Below, piece after piece: positions 48,867 to 61,120 of a DNA stretch of 64,000 nucleotides; position 1 is the stretch's first letter, and each line of letters opens with the position of its first letter. Made by a program: the position numbers and the translations under genes. Below the pieces are notes generated by a model. It saw nothing but the letters and a program-made list of their open reading frames with translations, was not told the origin of the DNA and ran no database searches. The stretch is from Haliotis cracherodii (taxonomy: Eukaryota): the NCBI RefSeq assembly GCF_022045235.1, contig NW_027266273.1:25978001-26042000 (forward strand), given 5' to 3'.

Positions 48867-51800
48867 TGCATGCGTGCGTGCGTGCGTGTGTGTGTGTAAA
48901 TCGAATCTGGACCCGACAATCCAATGATTGATATTATGAGCAAAGGTCGGGGGACGATGAACAACTTTCAACAAACTCACCGAGCCTGACCAACCCAATC
49001 AATTAAGTCGCCTTTTTCAACAGCCACAGGTTGCTGGGTAACCGATCCTAACCTGGAATCCCCCACAGCGTGCTGGGTTAGCTGACTAATATTGTTCATT
49101 GGAGTGTGTCTAAGAGCAGGATATTTCTACCAGTCATCACTGACTTTCATATTAGTGTAATCACTAGTTTGCCCTTTACTCTTAATGGAAACTGTTTCGG
49201 TTGATAGTCTGGACTGATCATTCTCTGGCGTTGGCATTTTGAATTAAACTTTATATTGAATTCGTCTGACAGCGATCTTGCCACAATTGTAACACCCACT
49301 TACTAGGAAGAACAACTTGCACGAATCATCATCTTGTAAACAATACTAGTTACTGTTCCTACCTTTGGATTAAGTTACAGCCAAGAACAATGCTCACAGC
49401 AGCAAGAGCCGCTATCGTACATACGATCGAGGCGATGATTGGAACTGTGAGCAAAAATGAATATATATATCATTAAAGATAGCATGCATCGATTACATCT
49501 CGACGGAAAATATGTTGGTTTTTTTCAGGATCTGATTGGTATGGCAGTAGTTCTGTAAGTCCTCCCAATACAATGAAACTCTTCATTGGAGGCTTTCAAA
49601 TGTTCGATTTACCCTAATCAAGAATGGGAGTTAAGTCTGACGTAAGGCAAATTAAAATGCTGTGAAAACTGTTTTCAATCTACGAGTCCAAAATAAAATC
49701 TTTTCAACAGCATACATCATACATATTGTGCATTCACTCAACATATTCACATAATAAGCGCGGAATACATACGATGTCAAACGTGCAAATGTAAACACGT
49801 AGATTTATGTTTGTTACACCGAGTTGGTCATGCGTGGCATATGTGGTGAGCAACATACCATTTTAACATCCAAATCAATGCATAACTAAATCATGATAAT
49901 ACACACAATGACCAATCATACACCTTTACAGTCATAAATAATACCGTTTGTGTTTGCTCCAGGGCCTTTGGTTAGACTCGGTGGTGTAGATCCTGTGTGT
50001 ATTACAACGTACAAGTAAATATATACTAATATGCTGCCATATGCCCGTCCTGTCACATGTGCGTTTAATTATATTGGCAAAAATAGGGTCTTGACCGTCA
50101 TGAATAGGTTGCAGTACAAGGAGACGCAATGGCTGTGGGTATCAACGTCTGTAATCTCTACCCATGTATCTATGACGTTTCGATGCTACTTCTTGCCCCT
50201 TCTTCGGGTGGTATATATGTACTTGACCAGCAGAAAGTAGGTAATTTGTTATCCATGTTTGAGATGGATAAATTACTGATATATTCTTTCGCGACTTACG
50301 TTATTGAAAATTGTTTCACGAAAATTGAGGCGTAAATGTTCGTACGTCTGTTAATGTATATTTATCAAGACGGAACAAATTATCGCCTATTAATTTTCGT
50401 TACTGCCTATCAATGTAGATGTCACCACGGAGAGTGAGTCACTGAGTGGGATGGGTTTAACGCCGCTTTGAACAATATTCCAGCTGCATCAGGGCGACTC
50501 AGCTTCACGTGGGAGATAAGCACAAGTGACGCAGGTTTCAAAAGTTTACCACTTTGGTGTAACCCACGAGCACGGGGATGGTGCTGACAAACCTAAAAGG
50601 TAATCGTGGCGAACCGGAATTCGAACCCACAATCATTTGCGTCTGGCGTGCTCACGGGACGCAACAGCGAATTACGGCGTCTCAGACAAATGGGCCTACA
50701 GTGGTCCCGTTACGTAGAGGACAACACACAGGTCGATATTCTTGAGTGAGTATGGTTTTACGCCGCTTTTAGCAATATTCCAGCTACATTACGGTGGGGG
50801 ACACCAGAAATGGGCTTCACACGTTGTGCCCATGTCGAGAATCGAACCCGGGTCTTCGAAGAGACGAGCGAACGCTTTAACCACGAGGTTACTCGACCGC
50901 CCCTAGGTCGATATTAACAACTGTATACGTGATTGTAGGACTATTCCCTTGAAGGTTATATGTTCAAGTGAGATTATGACTATATGTCAGTGAATAAATT
51001 TGCTGCTCAATATTTACCATTTTATAAGTAAGTAATTTAAGTACTAAGTAAATAATGTTGAGAGTAATTCACACTACCTAAACTATGATTACACGATGAT
51101 AAAGCGCACAATGTACCATTACACAGTTTTACAGTAATGTGGATTACCTTTTGTGTTTGATCCCTGGGTTGTGGTTTGAATCTGTGGTGTTGATGTTGTA
51201 GATCCTGTGTGGATACAGATACAGATAGGTAGACGTAGACTTGTACTTGTCAAGGATAAAATAGGTAAATGGTAATCCATGTTTACAAAAATATATTACT
51301 GATATATTCTTACATGCCTTGGAATAATTTTAGCATTTACCCGATTGAAATACTGTTTCGCGAACAGTGAGGCGTTAATGTGTATATAAATGCAAAATAC
51401 ATATAGCTAAGTAATATTTGTTTCTGCCTATCAATGTACATTTTACATAAAAGACATAACACCGGATGGATATGGTGGAACTACAATTGTATACATGATA
51501 TGTACCTTGCGTGGAAGCATCCGTGGTTTCATTTCTTAAACATGAGAGTTGATGACAAGGTTATCCTCATCATATTTCAGCTTGGAGTATATTTATGCGA
51601 ACACTTTGAGTCCATGGCAGGCTGTTTACACAGAAGGGCACACTAATCGACTCACTGCCATACGCCCTTGCCTGTGTAGTAGTATTTATGATGTCAATTG
51701 ATACACTCTGGCATCGATACTTACTGGTACTTGTGTTCCATGTGCAGACATAATAGTTGGAGTCACTACAGTTGGCGACCTGGAATGACTCATTGACAGC

Positions 51801-54797
51801 TGTCTGGCAGGTACCTGTTAGGTTAAGAATATTATTCAGTGGATGTTCATCCATTATAATATATGTTTATAACAATTGGATGTTTTCAACAATAATTAAT
51901 CATTGTCAGTTGAATGCCAATCAGTTTCGCGATTCTGTCTGTGGGGCAATCAACATTGTAAAACTGTAGCTCATGTCACAAGCTTGATGTGAGGGAGAGT
52001 AAGGTTCAGTAAAAGTAGTGACGGGTGATCAAGGTTCACAACATTACCATTTATGTTTATCCATATCTTGGTGTGTTCAGCAGTAACATTCTTCAACACA
52101 TTGCTGCCGCGTGATGTTTTTACATCTTCTAAAGAGAATATCGCCGCGCCCTTGTTGATGCAGTCTGTCGCCGCTGCCGACCAATTGAGAGCAGCACAGG
52201 AAGATTCAAACGTGAAGTTGTCTGAGGAAAAACAATTATGTAATTAGTTTGACATAATTGCAGCTTAAAAAGTAGTTCATTGTTAACAAAATCTTAACAA
52301 ATATAAACAAAAGTTACAAACAATATTTGTTGTCAATACAATTCTTTATCATGCATTTGGATATGATTATATACAAAATAATCTTCAACAGAAACTATGC
52401 TAAAAATCTACAAAACCGCTGTTAGAAGTGAAAGAATACACGCTGATCAAGTCACTAAAATAGCGTATTGCAAAACGAACAATCTCGATTTACGAGTGAA
52501 ATGAAAAAATACAGTTTATAAAGAAACATTTTCAAGAGAATGACAAAAATAACAAAAGTTAAATATCACATTTGTGCGGTGAAATATAAAGTGCTATGTT
52601 CACTGCAATGAAAATATCGCTTTACTGAACTTGAGAAAACACAGTCTTTCCCACTGAAGTATATGATAAATATATTACACAAAGATTAGAATATGTGATA
52701 ACAAAATCATATCAAAGGCTTAGTTAGATCAGCAATTCTTTGTGCATGATATATATTTTACAGGTGGTGTACGGTGTAATGTCCAGATGCAATATGCACT
52801 CTAATAACTTTACAATAGGACAATAACTCAATTTTTCTCAACAGATAGTGAAAGTATTACCCTTGTTGTAATTTGGACTTGTCGTCGTGTATTTTGTAGT
52901 CTTTGTTGAAGATCCTGTAATGTGAAATCGATTGTGCCTGTAACTACAATATATCACACATATATATCCAATATATTTGTTTTAATTTGAGGTTTACATG
53001 ATATACGGCTTTTCAATTAGGTGGGAGGTCGGTCACATGACCGCGAAATTGACGTTCATAAGTGTATGGACAAAACCGTGTTTTTGAAATGACGGAAAAA
53101 CTGACGGACTGCTTCCACATTCCCAGGGAAGGCCCTGGGAATTTCCTAGCACGAATACATACAGAAGCATTCTCACTGATCATTTATACCTTTAATCTTG
53201 AACTCGGCGGTTTAGCATACATTAAGAAAGGTCAGATAGCTTGACTGCATGATCGTTCACTGTTAGCCTTGCTATGACCCATGCTAGTGAACAAAACGAA
53301 GAAATGCACATCCAAACTATCGTAGTATGGAACCAATCCTTGACCACGCTGACAGTGACGGTCCACAGCAATCTATGAAGTGAACTCAGTGTATATTTGG
53401 ATCATCTTTAATCGCCCTTCAATGATCGGCCAATTGATCACTGATGACTGAAACATGTAACCGCCACATGTTCATTAAGAACTTCCGAAATCGCTCCCAT
53501 CACGTGTATTGTGTCGGCGTACGACGCGCTGTCATTGTGACTGACTGACTTACTGAGGTAGTTCTTAACAGACCTTTCTTATCTAAAGTTGATATTATTT
53601 GAATACATGTGTTGTGTCAGATGTTTCTGAAGAGCAAGTTATGCATACATACGCTCATGTCACCTTTGTTTTGAGGAACCATTTTATTCTGCGATACAGT
53701 TGGTTGTTGTATGGCTGTCAGTGTAAACATTATGTCACACGTACTTAATAAAATTATGTTTAAATCCAGGCCTAGATCCTTGGAGGTAAACAAAATGTGA
53801 AAACCTTTTATAACAATTGACTTTCATTTAGTATTAACCTTCATTGAATGAGGGCCAAACATCCTTAATTTACTAAAGATATACAGTTTCCTTTAGTCTG
53901 CCACATGTAATGCCGCTAATGACAGAAGCTGCTCCTTTTCACAATTTTGCGCCATATTGACGACCGTCGTCGACGTTTTGACATTTTAAAAATAATAACG
54001 ACAATCACGGGAATAGTGCTGATGGACCAAGGATCATATTCAAAACAATGTAATATCCTATATTGTTTATAAGTAGCAATGGATTCTGATTTGGATAAGG
54101 AATGCAAATCTGCACAGCGAGTTGTGACTCCACTTGGCCCCCAGTACATCGAGCATTTATAGGATGGGATCTTTTTGGTTACGTGAAATACATATTTTAC
54201 CCTCATGATTAGAATATGTTTTGTTAAGTCATACCCATGGCTCAATTAGTTTATTCACAGTTTCAGAGACTCATACACTTTTCATTGCTATTTTGTCGTT
54301 CACGCACAATGGAATCTGTTTCGTCGGATAATCGAGACTGGTTATTCTCTGGCGTTAATGTTTTATATAATTAAGGGTCAACACGCTTTTAAACTAACAT
54401 GAGTAGCCATGCCTATAAATTGTAGAAAATGGCACTTGAATATGCGATAATTATTCTGATATATCGTGTTTGACAGAACAATACATGTATACACACTGTC
54501 AGGCTCAATAATCATTTTCTTAAAACAGAGTGAATTATCGAAATCGAACGTAACTCCAATACAAATAATCCACATCAAATTACAAAATCTAAGTAGGAAA
54601 CCTAATAAATACACCTGCACCCGCACCTCTACAAGTGCTCATTCATACACAAGACGGGACAACCAACAATATGAAAACTGTTTCTCACCTGTGATAGTAT
54701 TGCTGGTAGTGCTGTGTGTGTGGCTCGGGTTCATCAGTATCAATACCATTAACACAAAGCTACCAGGTTTTACAGGGGAGACGAACACAGAAGCCAT
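48564..54797 (-). CDS. Gene D2: type I CTLD receptor with an ITAM-like tail, ~263 aa
   Basis: Exons 54797-54689, 52914-52861, 52221-52048, 51814-51725, 51204-51148, 49992-49945, 49444-49363 (TM VPIIASIVCTIAALAAVSIVLGCNLIQR) and 48741-48564 (RKIGSSGNQVNVASEGRPEVDYYSHLHARDASEMNNYAALNEPENNERAPANQSEQND*). 792 nt in frame; AATAAA on the minus strand at 48315-48320. Confidence 0.85.
48890..49060 (-). mobile_element. SINE-like family 3, degenerate (duplicate at ~61145-61315)
   Basis: Partial match to family 3; adjacent (GT)n/(GCGT)n microsatellite. Confidence 0.6.
50430..50708 (-). mobile_element. SINE family 2, degenerate (duplicate at ~62685-62962)
   Basis: Similarity to the 18800 copy. Confidence 0.75.
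50744..50903 (-). mobile_element. SINE family 1 copy (duplicate at ~62998-63157)
   Basis: Reverse family 1 consensus. Confidence 0.85.
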
Positions 54798-57700
54798 CCT
54801 TCATACGCGACGCTGTGTAAATACTGACACTCCACACTCACGTGTATCGTACAGATATTGTGACTCAGTTTCCTGCTTCGTTGCTAATACCAGTTCATGA
54901 CTGGCTATGACAATAAACATTCCAGCTGATAGGGCAGGCTAGCTTAGAACAAGTGAAGAAAGGTCCCTTAGCTTAGAAAAGTCCCTTATCTATGAGGAAA
55001 CAACATGTTCTCTTGTATTTGATAGCAAGCATATAATTTATTCGAGGTAAATGTTGCAGTGTCAACTGTATACACTTTCATAGTATTATTGTTATACTAA
55101 ACACATCATTAATATGTCAATATTTATGGTTGGATGATGTGTGCATACATTTGTCCGAAAACATAAACGGATAATGCATTAATGCAATATTATACAACGC
55201 AGCTTAACATTCCGCACCAGTCACCTCAGAGTGAAGTTGTTTACTTTTATCGCTATTTTGTGTTTACGCCCAATGGCAAGCCATTCTGTTCTGCCTGTCG
55301 AGAATAGTTATTCTCTGGCGTTGATTATTTCCTATATATACATGAATGTGTATATGTCATGATAAAACAGACTGGATCACGTCGAGGTTTGCTCTTTAAA
55401 TAAATGAAATGAGAAAAAAATCAAAATAATACATGCTAATGTTCACCATGTATTGGTTCTCAAACATGCCCTGACGCCCTCCTGTTTTGTCGGTTTGTTG
55501 GTAACTTGTCATCCATATGTGTCCCTATTAAGTTGCGATCTTTCCCAACTTAGTAACGTGGATTCATAACTGATTTCATTACAGATCGAGAGATATTTTT
55601 AAACCAAAATATCCCCTGCTTAGTGAACAATACTGACTAAGGTATGCAGAAGGGTGACAAGAGTTACCTCCCCCTGGATCAGTAATCGGTGTGTTTATTA
55701 TTACCATACAAGTTGTGTCATATTTCACTGGCTAAACTTCACGATTAAATGTTAGTCGATCGTCGTTGAAAATACAGAAATGATAATGTCTTCTGGTTAA
55801 TGTGTAACTCGAAGAGAATGCTAAGGCTCATATCCCACTCGCCATTTCACGGAAGTATCGTATTGTACCGAGGCACCCGTATACCGGCTTGACTGACCTG
55901 GTTCAGGGACAGTTCACTGAAAACGTGAGTGTGTATTGACGCATGAGCATCACCCCAGCTCTATAACACCGTTAGATGACATGTCACATCGTATGATCGC
56001 CACTTATTCCAACACAAATAGTTCAGTTCCCTCAATCAGCTTATAATTAGTGAAGGTCTTGATCAATTACCAATGTGAAGCCTAACTGACATAGACTATG
56101 GGTGGTTTTAGTCAATTAAATTCGAGGTCTAGTTGATAGTACATAAGTCCATAAGGTCGGTTGTTCGATGCCCTGGCTGAGTCCTACCGGGGGAGTTAAA
56201 AGTAGTTGTTATGGTAGCCTGGCGCTCTGCTTTGAGGTAGAAAACAAGGACTGGTCGACTCGTAATCTGTCGTGGTTGGGCATTCATGATATACTGCAGC
56301 ATACCATCTCAGTGCAACCACAGACCAATCACCACCGACAGACAGCTGTCTAATCCGTATCAAATCAAATTAATACACATTGCATTACTACATACGGAGA
56401 ACGGAAGTTGTGCCACAGTATGTTTCAATATTTTACCTCTCTAACAAGAACATAAGGCTGAGGTGGATGAGTTACTTCCCTTAGGCGTGTAAGGATCGTA
56501 TGGTGGGATATCCATACCCATAAAAACGCGACATAAGATGGTGGGAGTGGACGTGTTTGTGAATCGCTCTCACTGGAAGTGTTTCCTGGTCGAGATTTCA
56601 ACCGTACACTGAGCATTGCAAAACATCGACAAGAGAAATACAATCTGTCACAAAATGAGTGACAAAAAGATAAGAAAAGGACTTCGTCAAAATGACTCTT
56701 GTGATTCGAATATAGGGACATTCCTAAGAGTGCCACGTCGATACACAAAGGGAAGCTTAGTGCGTGAGTCTTTATATACTTTGTTCACACCTAACCCCCT
56801 GTACCAGAATATGACGTATACTGTTGAAGGACGATACAAACAATACATTCGTCTGCAGGCACAGCAACTTAAACAGGATGCAACAGCATAGATAAGGGTA
56901 GAAAAGGACGAAAGTGACATCAAAGTCAACATTGCATATCTGGAACTGAAAGTCAATGCAATAGATGAAAGATCGCTTTACTGCACTTAAAGCCAATGCT
57001 ATCTATATCAGTGATAGTCCTGACGAGTGGGAAAATGACCAGAAAACAATAGAAGCGGACGTACAATCCCTCAAACAACAAATGGGTGAATTGAAAAGCA
57101 TTGACGAAGAAGATTTGGAACTGAGAGAGTCACTTATCGACCAAATAGCTCGCTCTATGAGAGACACAGTGTTACAAACATCAAAGAGCTAAGTGGAGTC
57201 GACGCGGATGGTGGAACTTGGGAAGAAACTGAAAATGTGCTCAGAAGGTCATTCAGGATGAACTTGAATTTGAAAGTGATAAAAGGCACTTTAAACGTAA
57301 ATCGGGAAGAAAAACCAACCACCCCGTCGGGGTGAAGATCCGCGACCCCGCCCTGGCATCGCCACGTTTATGTTCACCCGTTAGAGGGACGCTGTCACAT
57401 GTTGTGGGAAAGAGTTAAAAGGGAAACCATTCCATATTGTAGAACAGTTCCTAGAAGAGATAGTCGCCTGCAGGAGAGACGTCCTGATGCGTCCTGAAGG
57501 TCGGAAAGGCTAGGCGTTGGGGGGAAATGTCAACTCGGTTGTTGACAAACTTTTCATAAATAATGCTCTTCAAACAGCTGATATACCGCCCCCTCTCAGA
57601 CCGACAACCAAAACGAGGCCATCAAAGGAAAGTACGGGTGGACAAGCGCGGGAACAGCATGGTGTCGTAACACGAGATATCTGATTTAGTTAACATGGTC

Positions 57701-60700
57701 AGTGAGATACAACTACAAGTTTGAGCTACCGACAATAAACCGGATGTGTTTGAATGTGCGGGTATTGTAATTGACGCTGTCGGAAGCCCACGTGTTTGTG
57801 TTTGGTCAGACCGTGCAAGCATAAGCAGACACAGTGTCCGAAATACAAATGCCTGCCCGTGGCCGGTAACTTTTCTGTCGGGCTGCCGGAAATTTTCGTC
57901 CTCCTGCCCGACTACCTGGCAGATACTTTTAAGACTTACGTATTCAGTTTTATCATAACTCCCTGTTGACTCCCAAGTAATTGTTTGCATTATTTCAACT
58001 GAATCAAGATGCGATTTGCCCGGTAAAAAAAACCGAAATTTTTCACTAGTTATAATATCTGAATGTGCGCAAGTAACTTTGAAGATGGGCAGGCCACATA
58101 CCTGGGTCACCTGCCTGACTGTGGTACTGGATTTTAATATTTTTTCAAACACTGAGCAGACAACGGAGAGTAGAAGAGTTGTGTATGCTGGATATAATAA
58201 TGATATTCAGATGACTGCTCAGCAAATTGGAGAGGATATTTTAAGTACTAAGATTTATACATTCTGAACTTATCTTCAGTAGTTTGTGAGGGATTAACAA
58301 CTGACCACAGAGATATGAACACGTGTCACGTTGATATTAGGACTAAGTTATTATAATCATGCATCCCTGAAATGAGTGTGTGTGATATGTTATCTCAATT
58401 TGATAAAATACGTTTTGCAAGACTGAGTTTTCCGATGCTAATAAGATCCATCTACTTATGAAAATTCATGTGAAACATCAACTCATGATAACCCACTGTG
58501 CATGCTTAGTTTAGATGTTGGTGGTCTTAGAAGGCGCTCACAGTATCCTGATTTGCCAGACCATATATGGGTAGTGTGGTCAGGTCAAAAGTTAGTTTTG
58601 CTAGTAAATAATTATTGTGCGATATTGATCTTACTTACTCACCCCTGTTGTTACCGAGCTGGACGTGTGGCTAGGGGATTATACTATATACCCCCTTTTC
58701 TAGTAATTCGTGAATTACCAATCTCACCGGGATTGCATTGTTTTAGGTCAAACACCTTTCTATAGTTGTGAGTCAAGTTACTCTTTAGGTGAAGTACGTG
58801 TTGAATGTTGTGAGTCTAGATACTCTGTAGGTCCAGTTCCTGTATATTCAAGAAGTCCAGGATGTCCTTGCTCAGCCCAAACGACTTTAGACTGAGATTT
58901 TAATCAAGCATGTTCGTCTGATCTTAATTTTCCAAGAGGCATATTTTAGGGACAGGCTCTCCGTTACCATTTCACCCTTCCTTACCAAGACGAGATTACT
59001 CACTCCTTACTTAACGAGTAGGAGTAGCTGACTCTACCTACAGTGTGTAGCAGCTCATTAAGTAGTAGGTGAAGCCAGGCAGTTACACTGGTCACACCTA
59101 ACTGATCTGTGTGATTATTGGGTCGTCTGACAAATGGGATGTCTGACAAGTGAACCGATATTTGAGTTAATTTACTCCCAGGTGTAAATTGGATACAGCC
59201 GGTTTAATTGGCCTTCTATGCGGCTTTCTGGTCAGAGTGTTTGGTAATAGCTGTTACACAGTTGCTCAGCTAATCAGCTTGTATAGTTGCTCATGACTTA
59301 GATTAATTAGTGATCTTGGTCAGTGTCATTTGGGTCTTGAGCCTTTAGGTTTCACTACCTGTTTTCGTGTACACATTTTGAAACTGATCGTCAGCGCTAT
59401 CCTAAAAAGTACTATTATGTCAACCCTAAATATCATAAACTTCAAAAACTGTTTCTGCTCCTAAAGTCTCAGTGTTAAGAAACCTCGGCGGATTTGTCTC
59501 CTGTGTAGTTAAATGGTGTATAATATCATACGCATACTCATGCGAGTGTCCTCTGTTAATCAGATGACTTTCTTGCATTTACGTCCTTGTACCACTGTAA
59601 GTGGTTAGTTATGGAATAAACTATGTCGATGTCGATGTCGATGTCAATGCCTATGTCTCTCTTTAGATGGTCCAGTCGTCAAAAGTGCCGCAATTTGCTG
59701 TGCAGAGTCGCGCCCCGTGGGAACGCCAGAAACTTATGATTGTGGTTTCGAATCCCGTTTCGCCCCGATTATGCTTTTAGGTTTGTCAACACCATACCCG
59801 TGCTCGTGGGTTTCACCGAAGTGGTAAAGGCCTGAGACCTGCATCACTTCGGGCTTTCCTCCCACATTAAGGTGCGATATAACTGGAATACTGTTAAAAG
59901 CGGCGTTAAACTCAGCTCACTCACTCACTCTTTAGATACCTTTAGCTGATAAGAATAAGACATTTACCACGTTCTCTATTATTGCTTTATTCTTATAGTG
60001 ACACCCTGGTCTCAGGAGCACAGCTAAGTGACAATAATTTAGTGAGTAGAAACCCCAGGCCCATTGTTCACAATATTCTATGTTTGTATAGATGTATTAT
60101 GAATTAACATGTCGAATACCCACACAAACAGGGTTAAACAAAGCTAACGAATTGATTGCGAGAACAACAGTCACGTGTATTTGATAACCTAAACTCAGTC
60201 ACAGTATTTGAATTAACGTCATTCGGAGCACAGTTTCGTTCCTTCGAACTGGCGAAAGAAAAACATTTCCCTGTATGACAACATGTTCTAATTAAATAAC
60301 CTTTGAATCTCCACAGATATCGAACAAAGTTGAACATTAAACTGAAACAGGAAAAAATGACTAACAGTTTGGCCGGAATACATGACTACTAAATTACATT
60401 TCGTTTTATATTTTAGATAACTCAACAATCAAATATTCATTTATTTTGTGTTAATGTTACTTTCATCACTTGTGGAATTTACATGTTCTCATATATAGTC
60501 CTCAGTCATAGATACTGAGGACTGAGAAATAATTACAAAACAAATCACAACTACTTTAAACTTAATATTTTATTGAATAGCGTTCAGAGCAAGATATTAA
60601 AGAAAAAAAAAGGATATGTAAACCTATAGAAACGTATCATGCATGTGTGTACCGGTGGAAAAGAATGAACGCGGCTAGATCAAAGATTATCCGAAGAACA

Positions 60701-60817
60701 GTAGACACGAACTGTGCAGATCCTGCAATTGCATCCTGAGCTTGTGTGGGTATTGGCGATGGTCTCTGCAGAATTCATACCTTACAGTTCTGATTAGCAG
60801 TTTTAGGATTAGTGTAA

Positions 60818-61088
60818 TTAATCATTCTGTTCCGACTGGTTTGCTGGTGCCCTTTCGTTGTTTTCAGGTTCATTAAGTGCAGCATAATTGTTCATTTCTG
60901 AAGCATCTCGAGCGTGTAGGTGAGAGTAATAATCCACCTCCGGTCGTCCTTCACTTGCGACATTCACCTGATTTCCTGATGACCCTATTTTCCTCCTGAA
61001 AATATAGTCAGTCCATCAATGGTCAAATGGATTTTCAATTGATGACGACAGACTAGATAGCGCGTGCGTTTATGTGTTATTGTGTGAG

Positions 61089-61120
<32 letters not shown>

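Noticed and set aside
42060-49235. Recurrent (T/C)ATTCTCTGGCGTTG motif (42071, 43049, 49219) as a regulatory element
   Set aside because: More likely remnants of a dispersed repeat end; no positional consistency relative to exons.
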